From the NCBI RefSeq assembly GCF_037042905.1, contig NC_087251.1:37264001-37328000 (forward strand): DNA of 64,000 nt, read 5' to 3'. This document shows positions 25,654 through 40,286 of the stretch, piece by piece; within the stretch, counting starts at the first letter, position 1; each line of letters begins with the position of its first letter. Source of the stretch: Lytechinus pictus. Taxonomy: Eukaryota. The notes beneath the pieces are model-generated. The model had not been told where the DNA came from. It saw nothing but the letters and a program-made list of their open reading frames with translations, and made no database searches. The position numbers and the translations under genes are program-made.

Positions 25654-27614
25654 GAAACAGAGAGCTTAATTCAGGTTAGCCCAGATTGGATGTTGATGTA
25701 TGGCAGCCGTCTTTCCCAAAGCTAACATAGAGGGTGGGCTACTTTACTCCCAATCCCTAACCAAGTACCAATCCCCAAATCTCCCTGTGTAAGGAGGGGA
25801 GATAAGGGGTATACATATCATCGCTGGGCTGTTAAAACCTTGTACCTCAAAACGAACAAAATTTGAAGACAGCCAAGAAAAAGTTAGATTTTAAATTAAG
25901 AACAAGCTAGAAAGAGTTTTCTACAGGAATTAGGAGACTGTTTTCAAACAATATGGCCCGAATTCACAAAGGTGGTTTTGAAAACTTATGAATAAAATAG
26001 CGTGCTTAACCATGGCAACACGCATTTTTTTATATACACAGTAGCTAGCCTGGGAGTAAAATTTGATCCATCGATGCATTCGATCAGTTTGCCAATAATC
26101 GGCACTCGAATGTTACTTTTTAAACTAATCGAATGTTCGCCAGATGATGATTACTGATTTGAAACATTCGATTATCAAAAGTACATGGCTGTTAACTTAG
26201 ATTTTTATAAACAAAGTGCAAGATATCAAATGAAATTTATGCTTAAATTAACAAATTCCAAAGATCGTATCTCTTTCATGACACGACAATGACGGCCAAG
26301 CCGCGGCCACCGCGCACTATTCAGATGTGTTGTGTTGATGTGCATGTCTCTATAGGCACTGTGCTGGACGCACTGAGTCAGCTGAGCTCAGTTCGCTCAT
26401 TATATGTCATTACAGCCACGCCCAATAATCATTTCAAAAGCGCCAACAAATACGCCCATATTGTCATAATAGCTTACATGTACTTGTACGTGAATCCTCC
26501 GAATCAGTCCTCAGAAGCCACGCCTCAGTATCGAGCTTGCTGTATTATGTTATACCCGCCCACTCAAACATTATCAGTGAATTTACCACGTGCGCGCGAG
26601 CATTTTCACGGTAGGAGGTAGTTTTTAGATCACATCATTATACGAACTGTCGCCCTATTATCTATTGTTTTTTTAATTATTTTCCCAATCTGTTATCAAC
26701 TTTGCATAATGATGATTTCAATGTCTCGTAGTTCTCTAGAAAATCTTATAATGGTCCTGTGTTTGTATCGCATAAAAACTTGACCCCAGTGTGTGTCTCG
26801 TTCTTTTAACAGTAACACACAATCTCATTTTAATAACACGCATTGTGTGCATTGTCTGTGGTCTCACACCAAGTCCTAGCCTGTGCGTGGCCATTCACCC
26901 ATTGTAATGTCTGTAGTCCCATACACCCAGTTAGGCGAGTGTTCAATTCCAAATTATGGCCTGTAGTCCCACGCATTATGAACAATGTACATTTCACGTT
27001 CTCCATCACTTTTCAAATTGTCTTCATAATTTTGAATGAATACGATTTCATTAATGAAATATTGATTATTGTGTGGTACTGTATTGTGTTTCCCTAGTTT
27101 CGTCTTAAATCATTATTTTTGTGTTCGTGGATCATGGAACTATACCAAGATCCAAAGTCCCTAACACATGACATTCATTTGTGTATTGGGTCTATTTTTG
27201 TATGTGTGTTATCATCTAATGTGCACTATTGGGTGTATTATCATTTTTTTGTCGAGTGTTTGGTGATGTTTCATGGGCACGAGGGGCTATAGTACAGTAA
27301 CAGGTGCCTAGATTTTCCATGATCGGAAGTATATATTAATACAATAACAAAAGTATACATTTTATTAATTTAAAAAAATGATACTCTTATATATATTTGT
27401 TTAAGGACCCCCCTCTGAACTTGCGAAAGGGGGAGTGGCCTTTGATTTTCAGCATTGAATTAGTGTTTTAATATATTTTGGTATAAATAATTAAGCTGAT
27501 CATTTAAGTTTTTGCCATTTCTTGTGAACTTCGACTGCAAGGAAGTTTTCCTTGATTTTCTGCATGGATAACATGGCCCAACCTTCGAAATAGGAGCTTG
27601 TCCTTAGCAAAAAT

Positions 27615-29530
27615 TTGATTCCAAAAGACAACGCTAAGAGTGGGATATGGACATACTTTGTACCAGAAGGACAAGAGATTGATAAAGGGTCTTCGATTTG
27701 CGCCGTTTGTGGAATAAAGCTTAAGAATTCGGGCTGTACAACCAATTTGAGAAATCATCTTCAATCAAGACATCCTACCCAGTACCGACAATTTACTCAC
27801 AGCAACACCACCGCAGATGCTGCTGCTGGTGCATCGTCAAAATCGAAGGTGTCGAGTCCACCAACAGTTACGGTGATATTCTATTATTTTTCATTACTTC
27901 CAATGTGCAATTTTGAGAGACTATAATATATTACCCTGTTTTTATAATATTATGTTTTTATTTGTTTGTGATTATAATACTGAAAACACATTCCTTTAGT
28001 CTATTTTTTAAATAGAAATGTTGATGAAATTAAAGGGATAAATAATTTTGTTTCTGTCTTTTCATTTTAATTCCACAGGACATGTTCCAAAGATCAGTGG
28101 CATACAATCCAAGCAGTGGCCACTGGCCATGCCAAAGAACTGACAACAGCTGTAGCAAACCAACTTGCCCGAGATATGAAACCAATATACAGTCGAGGAA
28201 CCAGGCTTCGTGAAAATGCTCAATGTGTTCGATCCCAGATATACCCTTCCGTCGAGGAAGACATTTTCTACGTTCGTCATCCCAGAGCTGTACGAAAAAC
28301 TATGCAACAAAATCGTCTATCCCTTCGCTGTTGCAAGTGACAATTTCGCTCTCACTTTGGATCTCTGGACTGCCAGGAATATAAAGCAATATTTAGGAGT
28401 GACAATTCATTCAGTCACTGCGGAGTGGGATCTTTGTACCCACACATTGGAAAACACCGAGTGCCCTCCACCCCATGACGCAGAATGCATCTCAGCATCT
28501 CTTTTATCCGTGCTGGGAGATTGGAAAATGGATGCATCCCACTTGGCGGCGATAGTTACCGACAGTGCTGCAAACATAAGGAAAGTTGTCAGAGACAACG
28601 GATGGGCTCACCTTCCCTGTTTGGATTCACACTAAACTTGACTGCAAGGGCAGGACTGGATTGTAGGCTTATGCATACCCCCCTCGCAAGATGCGTGAAA
28701 TTGGCAGAATTTACGCATAGGAGCGCCAATGCAAGATGTTCACATAAGGTGGAATAGTACCTATGACATGCTATCGCGAATAATCAAACAACAGGCAATC
28801 TGCAGTGTCGTCCTTGAAATGAAGAAGACGGAGATGATGCCCACTATGGCAGAGTTCAAGACGATTGAGCAGGTCATAGCCCTCCTCAAGCCTATTCATG
28901 ACATGTCAGACTTCTTTTGTAGTGCATCAGTTACAACTATTTCCGGTATTTTGCCTTGTGTGTATCAGTTGGAAAATCTATGTGAAGAATGTGAATAATT
29001 AAGACACGCCTGCGACTGCCATGGCAAAGGTAGCAATGAGCCAAAAGCTCTCTGATGTCTATGAAAAGAGATACGTTATCGATCTCTTGCAAATCGCAAC
29101 CTTTTTGACCCCCGCTTCAAAAGCATGCCTTTTTATGGCGAGGATCGCGTTCAGGCTGTGCGCGATTTGGTAGGAAGAGAAACATTCCAAATGCACCTAC
29201 GCAATAACCCCACAGCAACTACGCCTACTGCTACCCCTGAAGAGCAAACTTTGGAACCACAACCTCCAAAAAAGTATACGCAATATTTGGGAAGATATGT
29301 GAAACCAGAAAGGCAGAACCCCAAAAGCCTGAACAAATGGTTCGCGTAGAATTGTCCCGCTATACCGGTGACCCCCCCTCCCTTCCCCTCACTGGAGACC
29401 CCTTGGCATGGTGGTGATGCAATGCTGCTCGATTTCCCATCATTGCAAAATTGGCGTGGAAAATTTTGTGCATCCCTGCCACAAGCGAACCTTGCGAATG
29501 ACTTTTCAGCTCAGCTGGACACAGCTGAAA
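27615..29530 (+). pseudogene. hAT transposase (ZBED1/ZBED4-like) pseudogene with BED finger
   Basis: IWTYF..CAVC..TTNLRNHLQSRHP (BED); intron; LTLDLWT, IVTDSAANI, HLPC..H, QDVHIRWNSTYDML, DPRFK and a dimerization-domain remnant, broken by frameshifts and stops. Confidence 0.9.
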
Positions 29531-30999
29531 AAGGGCCCATGTCATAATCATTGTTCATGCATTCTAACTTCGTTATTGATCTTGGAAATGATTATTTTAC
29601 AAATTCTCTTTTTTATCACCAGACTTTATATTTTCAAAATATCGGCCTCTCAGACTTTCCCGGCAGTGAAAAAAAAATGCTTACATGTTACTGCACCAAT
29701 GATAGCCTTATGCAAATACCTCTTTTTAAATGCACAGTGACAGTATTCAACAAATCTATCTTTTACGGTATGAATTTTGTGTTTAACTCGGCAGTCAACA
29801 AAAGTGATGGACCGATGGTCTAGGCCTATTTCATTTTATAACAATTTGTAGAATAACATAAATGTTGTAATGATTATGTGTACTTGAAAAAAATCATGAG
29901 ATTTATTATGATTGAATTGAAAATTGCATCTATTTCTTCCCGTCTTTGATATGTTATTATCTGTCAATATCTGAAATAACCATTTTCATTTTGCGGTGTG
30001 GTTGAAATAATGGCAAAGAGAACACTTCAATTTTCAGGTGCAAATTTACATGTATGTTCTTTATTTTCTTTTATGAGAGGAATGGTTACAAACTATGTAA
30101 AAAAATATTATTTTGAAGAAATTATTTCCTATATTTGAAATCATTATGCTTTAATTGATTTCGTATAATAATTGATTACCATTGCTATGAAAGCACAAAT
30201 TCATGAGAATGATGGAAATAAGTTTAATAAAGCCATATGTTATTGTTCATTATTAAATAATATTTATGACTTCTCTGATTATGAAATCGTGACTGAGAAA
30301 ATGACTTGTATATTGCTTGAGATAAATTAAACATAATGATGAAGGAACAAGACAGTGACTGATCTTAAATGAAACTGATGGAATTATGAAGACTGAATGA
30401 CTGTGACATGAATTAATGGAATAGTACCTTGTGAAAGAGCAACGGAGTATTATGACAAGAAAAAGAGAGTGATTTTTTAAATGAGTTATTTGAAATTGAT
30501 GAACTGATGAAAATCTGACGGGGAAGAGATTGACCGATTGACAAAATAAAAATAAATTAGACATCGTACTAGTTTGTGCTATGAATGATTGAATGGTAAA
30601 GAGGAAAACGAAAGTGAGAAGTTGATTGAAAAGATGTCTGTTCATACTATGGAAATTATGAGATGCAACAAAGTGAAATCATGGAAGTCAGTGAGAGTTG
30701 AGAAACTTTATTCCTATAGGATTGTATTTGTGTGTTTGCTTGAAAGAAAACCATGTGCTTTCTGAGGTTGCACTTATTTTGATAAATTGACAAATTAAAA
30801 AAAAAATCAGTGCGAATTCCATGTAGGCGTGTATCCTCCAAAAGCACATGGTTTTTAAGACTTATATGTTGCCGAATGCATTGGGTGTTTTCCCTGATTT
30901 CTATATATAATACTGGACCACGTGGTTTTGTTTACAAGGACCACGTACATCCATGGTGATGGGGTTTCCCAATGTGAAGACACGTTCGGTGCAAAAGCA

Positions 31000-32030
31000 C
31001 TACATACTGCACATCCAATCCCACTAATTCCCACCCTATGGGCGGGATTTATGACAATATCAGCGCAAGTACTAAATGCAATACACCGCACATCCATTTC
31101 CAGGCACGGGCATATTTCTCATTCTCCTTTCCTATCGGTTCTTTCATTAGTTTCATGGGTGGGATTTATGATAAAATCAGCGCAATCATGAACATACGTA
31201 GATTACATACGCAACACAATACATGTACATGTACAGCACATCCATTCCCAGTCACGTGCAGTTCTAAATCTCCTATGCTAATTCGTTATTTGAGTGGGCT
31301 TGTGGGCAGGATCTACGTTCGTATCAGCGCAAGTCTAACATAATTATGTAAGACATACAACACATCCATTTCTAGTCACGCACAGTTCTCAATCTCCTTT
31401 GCTATTCGTTCTTTGAGGGGCTCATGGGCGGGATCTACGTTTGTATCTTCAGCGCAAGTTCTAACATATGTAACACATACACACATCCATTCCCAGTCAC
31501 GCGCAGTTCTCAATCTCCTTTGCTATTCATTCTTTGAGTGGGCTCGTGGGCGGGATCTACGTTCGTATCAGCGCAAGTCGAACATACGTAAGACATACAA
31601 CACATCCATTCCCAGTCACGCGCAGTTCTCCTTTGCTATTCGTTTGAGTAGGCTCATGGGCGCGATCTATGTCCATATTGGCGCAAGAACTAACATACTT
31701 AACATACATACAATACATCCATGCACCCTAGCGGTCACGTATACAGTTCTCAATCCATTGTGTGCACTCATGGGCAGGATTTATGACATATCAATGCAAG
31801 CATACCAAATACATACAACACATCAATGCACCATAGCGGTCACCCACAGTTCTCAATCTCCTTTGCTATTCGTCCATTGTGTGCACTCGTGGGCGGGATT
31901 TATGACATATTAATGCAAGTGCAAGCATACCAAATACATACAACACATCAATGCACCATAGCGGTCACGCACAGTTCTCAATCTCCTTTGCTTTTCGTCC
32001 ATTGTGTGCACTCATGGGCGGGATGAATGA
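31000..32030. repeat. ~120-bp tandem array in the hAT 3' subterminal region
   Basis: About 8 units containing catccattcccagtcacgcgcagttctcaatctcc ... gtgggcgggat. Confidence 0.85.
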
Positions 32031-32537
32031 CGAAACAGTGCAAGTACATGTTCCTCGTATGTACATGTACATACAATACATTTATTCCAAGTTCCACTCC
32101 CACCAGTTAGCGCAGCTATCGGTAGGTCAATTTTGTGTGTGTGATATCTGATGTTCCAGGAATCTCGATTGTTCGAACTATTCGATCGTTTACTCTGGCG
32201 AACAATCGAATGGCAAAAAGGGTTTTCGTCCCAGGCCTACTACGCGGTAAATTAAGCGTTAATTCATACAGGGAATATTCATAAACCATGGGTTCAAACG
32301 ATGGTTTTCAAAAACACCTTTGAGAATTCTGGCCTAGGAGGGTGCCTCCATTGCCATATTTCTAAAATATGTCTTTCCCGAGCTGCCCTCAATTTTACTT
32401 AATTTAGGGATACAAGGGTTTTAACTACTCAGCAACCATTAAAAAAAAAAAACCAAAACTGGGGACGTTACACAAGGACACCACACATGAGCAACATTTC
32501 TTTTTTTTTTCGTCATTGAATGAAGTGCATTACTAAC

Positions 32538-32647
32538 TTGGTTTGTCCCATCCAAAGGGATTATCTGCAAGTACTTTGGTGTAGATGTCTCCCGGTATTG
32601 CAGCCAACCCGCTAGCTCCACTCAACAAACCCTCATCCACAGCATCA
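32538..32647 (-). CDS. WDPCP: WDPCP exon
   Basis: tag acceptor and gttagt donor, 110 nt, phase 2 to 1: DAVDEGLLSGASGLAAIPGDIYTKVLADNPFGWDKP. Confidence 0.78.
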
Positions 32648-32950
32648 CTAGATTAAGGAGAAAAGAAAATCCAGACTTATTAGAATCAGTACATTGGGCC
32701 ATATATATATATATATATATAATTTACATATATATATATATTCATACCCTGGTCAGTTCCGTCTACTACCGTCGGTTTCACCCTTTCGGCGATCTTCGGC
32801 GATACATATTTATCTACATCTGCAGTTAAGGCAAATTTCTTTGTCTTCTTTCAATGTTCACAATACGCCTTAACGCCCTCTACCTTCGTCTATATGTGTA
32901 TTATGACGAAATAAACCCTTTCATAGACTTCGCCCTTATGTAGGATGTAT

Positions 32951-33001
<51 letters not shown>
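32951..33001. repeat. (AT)n microsatellite
   Basis: Perfect dinucleotide run. Confidence 0.95.
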
Positions 33002-33004
<3 letters not shown>

Positions 33005-33185
33005 CCCGGGCCCACAGCTTTGAACGTCGGTGCCTTAACCACTAGACCACAGAGACGGGTTAGTTGCTAAGGCGACCCCAATCCGATTGACCATCAGATA
33101 AACAGATTTTCGAAATACTATGCATAAAAAGCAACAATTGCTAGTGCTAGGCTTTTGCCTGGATCAGTATCTATAAAACTATGTA

Positions 33186-36100
33186 CAGTCCAACCTCTCT
33201 TATCCGGACACGTTGGGACCAGCACCAATCCGGATAAGGGATTTATTCGGATCTGGGAGACCCAATATTAAATACACGCAGCTGCTGCCTCAGCCTAAGC
33301 GGTAGCTACACGTTATCTATTGTAGTGGGCGCGCGTACAGACAGTATTCACTGCAGTATCAGTGCAAATTATAGGCGGTATTTTTACGGAAATGAAATCG
33401 ATCGAGGGCCAAAACTGTAGGATAATTTACTTGCTAAAATGGTTGAGGTATACATCGCGCATACCTCGAAAGAAAGAGAATGACTCAATGAAACAAAGTT
33501 TTACAATTCGATCATCGCGGCTTCGCAATGTCAGCCATTGTTATACTGATAGTCCAGGATAGAAGAGACATAACCTTGTTTTTTCATATATTTTTTAATG
33601 GTTTCTTGTCAATTCAAGGGTGCTGATTACGAATCTGAATGATGCCACTCTTGTAACCTTGAGCATTTTCCGCAAATTGGCAAAATCCAATATGGCCGCA
33701 AAAAAATGCATGTTACCCATGAAAATCATAAAATTGCCAGCAAATTGGCTATAAAATGTATGTAATTGTGTTGCAGGAGTGTAATACTCTCTGAAAAAAA
33801 AAATTTTTTGACAAAATATTTATTTCTTGATATTCAAAATGGCCGCAACAGACCTCTGTATATCCATATTATGTACAATATGAACAGGGAAAATTAATTT
33901 TTCACAAAAATGATCACTAAACTGCATTAATTGTGATCTTTGGACGAAGTAATATATGAAAATCATCAATGCTAACATGATATATCATTTATTATGTCAA
34001 GTATGGGAAAATTGTTGTATTTAATATTCAAAGTAGCTGCCACTGGGCCAAATAGTATTATTTTCTATGGCAAAGGGGCCAACAAAAATCGCAAGAGCAC
34101 TAAAATTCATATTAAAGAGAAACGAGTGGAATACTGACTAAAAGACACGATTTCTAACGAAATATATTATTTCATATGCCATGTATATGATAAATGCTGT
34201 ATTTTCATATTCAAAATGGCCGCCAATGGCCCTAAAAGTATTATGTACAGTACATGTACAATGAGAAAGAGGACCAAAGAAATCACAAGAGTGAGCACTG
34301 AAATACATTTGTTTGTGATGAATAAATGGGATACTGTCTCAAAAACATGATTTTTTAAGAAATATATCATTCAGGTTTTAAATTTGTGTTTAATACTGTA
34401 TTTTGACTTTCAAAATGGCCGCCATAGACATTGATTGTATTATGTACAATGCGAACTAGGAAAGAAATTTTCACACGAGTGAGCACCATTAATGCATGTA
34501 ATTGTGATCTATGAGTAAAATATTGTCTGAAAGCATAACTTTTAACAAGATATATCAGTTCTTCTGCCAGGTAGGTGATAAATACTGTATTTTCAAAGTC
34601 AAAATGGCCGCTACAGGCCCCAACAGTATTATGTACAATGTGAATGGGGACAAATGATTTTAACAGATTTTGGCTTTGCTTGACTAAATGGTGTTGTATG
34701 AGTGAAATATTGTCTGAAAACATGATTACTAACGAAATATATCATATCATCTAAAATTTAGGTGATCAATGTTATATTTCAAAATTCAAAATGGCGGCCA
34801 TATGCCCTTTTGTGTAAATTATCTTTCCTTATTCAAATTGTACATAATACAATAAGGGCCCATGGTGGCCATTTTCCATTTTAGAATGCAGCATTTATCA
34901 CCTTAAATGCACCAGATATGATATACCTAGTTAGGAACCATGGTTTAGACAATATTTCACTCTTACATCACAATTATATGCAATACTGCAAGCAAAAACA
35001 AATTATGTCAAAATTATATGTCCCAAATAACAATATTTTTAGGGCCTTTAGCAGCCATTTTGAATTTCAAACTACAGCATTTATTACCTCCATGACTAAT
35101 ATGTGATGCATTTATTTAGAATTCATGTTTAAGACAATAATTATTTTTACTCATCCATCACAATAACATGCATTTTATGATTCTCACTCTTGTAAAAAGT
35201 AGATTCCCTATACGCATGTAACATAATTTAGTTAGGGCTTGTATCAGCTATTTTGAATGTCAAAATACAATATTTATCACTGACACGGCAGAAGAAATGC
35301 TATACAATGTATTTCACAAAAATCATGTTTTCAAATAATGTTTTATCATACAACAGGATTTTATGGATTTCATAGCCAAGTAAATCCAAATTCTTACAAA
35401 ATAACATGTCCCCAGCATTTACATTGTAGATGATACTGTTAGGGCCTATAGGGGCCATTTTGAATTTCACAATACCGCATTTATCTCATGCATGACAAAA
35501 GAAATATGTTTCGCTAGAAAATATGTTTTCAGACATTATTTTACTCTGTGATCACAATTACATGCATTTTATAGTTCTTACTCTTGTGAAAATTAATTTT
35601 TTCCAATCGCATTGTACATAATGTATAATGGGCCTATGGCGGCCATTTTGAATGTCAAAATACAGCATTCATCACATAAATTACATTTATATTTCGTTAA
35701 AAATTATGTTTTTAGCCAGTATTCCACTCGCTTATCTTAATACTATAGTAATATGCATTTTAGTACTCACTCTTGTGATTTTCTTTTGTCCCCATTAACA
35801 TTGTTCATAATACTGTCAGGGCATTTGGTGACTTTTGAATATTTATTACATTATTTATTTATTATTTATTTATTATTAGGCGATTATGTTTTCATTCATT
35901 ATTTCACTAAAAATCACAATTACTTGCAATTAATGCTAATTTTGTGAAATTTAGTTTTCCCCATTCATATTGTTCAAAATATAGGGGTCTAAGGTGGCCA
36001 TTTTGAATGTGTAGAAAATAATTTTTGTCAAAAATGGTTTTTTAGAGAGATTTCACCCCTGCAACACAAATACATACATTTTATAACCAATGTGCGGGCA

Positions 36101-36677
36101 ATTTTATGATTTACATGGGCAATTTGCATATTCTGGCGGCCATATAGGATTTTGCCAATTTGCAGAAAATGCTCAAGGTTACACGAGTGGCATAATTCAG
36201 ACTGTAATCAGCACCCTCGAATTTTTACAAAACACCATTAAAAAAATTGTATATATGAAAAAACAAGGTTTGGTCAATTTTTTATGAGGCCTATCCTGGA
36301 CTATGACTGTAGGCTCAAACATGATAGATGGCGCTGTCTGTATTGAGGCCTAGTGTTAGCTAGCGAGACATGTGTTGTTTTTCCCAGGAAACAAAAAGAG
36401 AACATGATGAAATGTTTGCTCTGCGCCCTGATTTACTGGAAAATTATCCTGCCTAAGTTCTTTCTGTGAGATATTTTCATGAAAAATAATATAGTTGTAT
36501 GTAGACTATTTTGGAAAATATATGTAATCAAAGTGAGTTTGCGTATAGGATTGAGTTTAGATTGAAATCTCATTTCCTCACGTACTAGATTGAATTGAAA
36601 AAAAAAGATTGGCAAGTGTGCGTCCGGATAATAGAGAGATCCGGATAAGGGGAGGCCGGATGAGAGAGGTCGGACAG
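33186..36677. mobile_element. pogo/Tigger-like MITE (TA TSD) interrupted by a foldback element
   Basis: TA|cagtccaacctctcttatccgg ... ccggatgagagaggtcggacag|TA. Confidence 0.72.
33550..36303. mobile_element. Non-autonomous foldback DNA transposon, Academ-like
   Basis: TAG...CTA termini (tagtccaggatag / ctatcctggacta), 3-bp TSD TGA, TIRs of several hundred bp, inverted arrays of ttcaaaatggccgcc units. Confidence 0.78.
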
Positions 36678-37040
36678 TAATTGTTTTTTTTTTTTAAACA
36701 GACCAAACATGCCTTTGATTGTTATTGTACCAGAGTGATATATTATTGTTCAAAACAAAAACAAAGCAAGCAATAGATTAATCTGAAGCACATGATATGC
36801 ATAAGCAGCATCTTCCACACTGTAAGCACAGTATAGATCTAACTTTAACATCTTTCGAAAGAGATTGAATATTCAATTCAAATATATGTTGATAATTGAA
36901 AATATATTCTCAACATTGAAATCGCTTGCTGCTATCCTGCGACATGCATTTCATCATGGTATACTTTTCTCAACAAACAAATGGTGTATTGGGGTCTTCA
37001 GTCATGCATTAATATCTGAAAGAATATCAGTCTTCATTAC

Positions 37041-37148
37041 CCGTGTCTGTAAGCTTCATCAATTCTCTCCTCTGCTCTATGCCACGCATCAACATCTTTC
37101 CTTGACTTTCTTGATTTCATGGGAACATGACCCTGATCGGATGAACTG
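37041..37148 (-). CDS. WDPCP: WDPCP exon (symmetric phase 2-2, potentially skippable)
   Basis: cag acceptor and gtaatg donor, 108 nt, open: SSDQGHVPMKSRKSRKDVDAWHRAEERIDEAYRH. Confidence 0.68.
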
Positions 37149-39050
37149 CTGTGAATATTTCAATGGTAGTGATCATGACAGTGATGAGTGCAGTAGAAGA
37201 ATATGTCATAATGGTGTAAGAAAAAGAAATAAAGATATGACACATCAGTAGAACTTTGCTTTTATATATGAATGAAACTTTAGAAATATATATATGGAAA
37301 TTAATAGATATATGTATGTATATACTGCTGTTGAAAGATAAAATTTAGAAGAAAAAAATAGCAAGGATTGAAACAATAAGTAAATATTAGTGCCCATAAA
37401 AACTGAAATGAGGTCAGAAATTTTCAAATTTGGCCAGTATCTGATTCTTAATAAACAAGAGATCCCTAATTTCTATGGAAATCGTTATACATATAGAGGT
37501 CCTAATTGCTTATGATATAACAACTACTTCTCTATCAAGTACCTACGTAATATTCTTCTCAGAAGGGATACCTACATTAAAACTTAAGTGGAGACTGCAA
37601 GTGAATTAAATACAATGACAAGAATACTGATAATGACAAGTGTAGTCACAATTGTAATATTACGCATCTTGCCACTTCTAGCCCAATCATGGTATATCTC
37701 TATATGAATATTATATTTTCGATACCAACAACATGATTTCTTTTTAAGCATTGTTTAGTGCTGTGAATTAAGTAGCTGTGTGAGTTAATTGTTAATAAGT
37801 ATGGAGTACATGTACGTCAATCAAAACTCTTGTGAAGCTGAAGATATTGAAAACACAAAAAAATAAACACCTTCAAATGTAATCTATTTCCGTTATGAAT
37901 TCCTGACTTAATTCACCTCTGTTCTTTTCCTCTCATCTTTTATATATTTTGTGACATTGTTTTCATCTCGTATACTAGATTTACTTTTCCTGCCTAGAAT
38001 CTCCTCATTTCTACTTTTCGAGTCTTATCACTTTTCGTTTCATAATCACTCTAACTCTGCTCACAGTATTCATACTACTCTCTCTCACTTTTTTTCCTTT
38101 TACTTGCAAGTCTACTTCGGTCCCTGAATCAATAAGAAGTTTTGACTGCGAATTTCCGAGTGTTTGCTAATCTGATTTGCTACAGTTAAAATTGATCTAT
38201 CAATTGTAAAATTGCAACAGAACATTTGCAATTGATTGCAAATATTTTCTTGCAACACATCCTAAGGCTCCTGACTAGCTGCACAAAAGTCTGGGGTTCA
38301 ACCCCCCGCCACAACACCATAGATGATCTTGAGCAAGGTATTTAATCAACGGTGCTCCTTTTATCCCATTTCCAAATAAATGGAAATGCTAGTATAAGCA
38401 TTCTTGGCAACTACCTGTGCACTTAAAAAAAAAAAAAAAATTTTAAATACATGAATTCTTATTCAAACTAGATAGATTCTCAGATGCACACATTTGAAAT
38501 TTATGCCTCAATAAGGTGTTATACATGTAACTTAAAGTTTAAAGAATGACCACTTTGACCTTCGAAGCCACAAATTTAATCAGATCATCGTCACTCCTAT
38601 ACGCATACATAGGTGAAGTAAGAATAAAATCCCTCAAATGATTACGTGGTCAAAAAGCATGTTGCGCAAGGTCCTTGCATTGAAAATCTTTCCATATCTT
38701 GGAAACTATGAATAATGCCATTTATAATTATTGTAATATATAGAACAGACATACCACTTTGATTTTCTGAAAAAAATGGATAGGACCTCAACAGACTGAG
38801 ATAACATTTGAGGTGACTGATGAAGATAAACTCATTAATCGAAGTTGTACATGGGCCTATATTTTCTTTTTACCATTTCTAAAAATAAATTGCATATGAT
38901 TTTTTTTTCAATGTCCAAACTTCAGAAAAAACCTGAAATATTTTGTTCTCATAGTGAATTATTTAACCTGTTGACTCCTGAATTCTTTATTTCCCATAGA
39001 CTTTGTACAGGAATCACCCGGATCCAGTAGGAAATGGTTTACAGTGTTAC

Positions 39051-39219
39051 CTTGTCTCGGGTTTGGGTGGATGGGTCAAAGAGTCCGCTCCTCTGAGAGT
39101 GTCATCATCTCTCCTCCGAGGGTCTCCCTTTCTGTCGTGATCGGGTCGTTCTTCTCCGGTTGAATAGGAGCCATCAGTTACATCTTCTTCACTCAAAGAA
39201 TCTTCAGAATCATAGTCGT
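39051..39219 (-). CDS. WDPCP: WDPCP exon (acidic, low complexity)
   Basis: Open 169-nt exon, phase 1 to 2: DYDSEDSLSEEDVTDGSYSTGEERPDHDRKGDPRRRDDDTLRGADSLTHPPKPET. Confidence 0.8.
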
Positions 39220-39324
39220 CTGAATGGTTTTTAGAGAACAATTGTAGGATCATAAACATACTTTCCTTTCTGTCTACCAGTAAGGAAACCATACATGTTC
39301 TGAGGCCTGTCGCATAAAAGTTAT

Positions 39325-39930
39325 TGTACAATGCCTGCTTAGCTTGTTGCACGCAAGTGACGCAAGCGAATGGAATGTTGAATGTCAAACATTTGTACCA
39401 TTGTACACGTACCAACCAAAACGTATTGTACGACGCCTACTTAGCTTGTTGTACGCGAGCAAATGGGAGACCGAATGTTCTGAACATTTGTACCGTTGCA
39501 CAGTATGTACCATCCAAAATGTACCGTTGCACGGCTTTTAAGAGGTGACGTCACAATACGATTCAATTCATTGCGCTCAGTAAGAAATGAAGGTGAAATA
39601 CGCGTATAGCCTGCTGGCTAAATGTGCAATGCTGCCCGAGGTCATGTGGTTTGTGGAATTTTGCTTTCGCTTTCAATATTTTTGCTCCCTTTTCATAGAT
39701 TACTGCAGGGAAAAACTTTTTTTTCCTATTTTCGTTACATTCCAAGGTGTTGTACAATACAAATAGCGAATATTCTTATTTGCGCAATGGTGCGAGATTT
39801 CGCATAAGGTGAAAGAAAGAGACACTCTTTTCAACTCGGCTAACGCCTTGTTGAATAGAGCATCTTTCTTTCACCTCATGCAAAATCTCCATCTCGCACC
39901 ATCGCACTCGTGCCTATTTGCTATTTGTAT
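39325..39930. mobile_element. Non-autonomous element with one-sided long hairpin (Crypton-like, tentative)
   Basis: Inverted copy at 46824-47330; ~75-bp arms around an asymmetric spacer. Confidence 0.6.
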
Positions 39931-39987
39931 ACCATTGCATGGTCTTCACATCATAAGATTCAATTCATTGCACTTAATAAATGTGCG

Positions 39988-40275
39988 CCATCATCATCTT
40001 CACCATCATCATTGTCATTATCATCACCATCACATACATCAGCAAAATCAGCATCTTCATCATTACCATCTTCATTTTCCTCCTCCTCATTATCCTCATC
40101 ACTATCATTGTCGTCATCATCATAATCATCAACCTCTTCAACATCTTAATTAGCCTCTCATATTCACAATCATCATCATCATCATCAAATCATCTTCAGA
40201 ATCACCGTAATCATCATCATCATCATCATCATCACCATCATCATCACCACCACCATCATCTTCTTCATTATCCTC
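39988..40275. repeat. Degenerate (CAT)n microsatellite
   Basis: Imperfect trinucleotide run adjoining a WDPCP exon donor. Confidence 0.9.
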
Positions 40276-40286
40276 ACTGCACTGAC

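Larger units (their letters stand above)
26042..32239 (+). mobile_element. Decayed autonomous-type hAT DNA transposon
   Basis: Ends tag..gcctggga / tcccaggccta; degenerate 8-bp TSD atacacag / ctacgcgg (differences mostly CpG decay); tcga-rich subterminal motifs; internal transposase. Confidence 0.85.
25955..32334. mobile_element. Small MITE (ggcccgaattcacaaaggtg TIR) split by the hAT insertion
   Basis: Left arm 25955-26033; right arm 32248-32334 ending cacctttgagaattctggcc. Confidence 0.65.

Noticed and set aside
27615..29530. Domesticated ZBED gene
   Set aside because: Multiple frameshifts and stops, and still enclosed by TIR-like ends.
31038..32151. ORFs of up to 166 aa
   Set aside because: They fall in the hAT subterminal tandem array and show no protein motifs.
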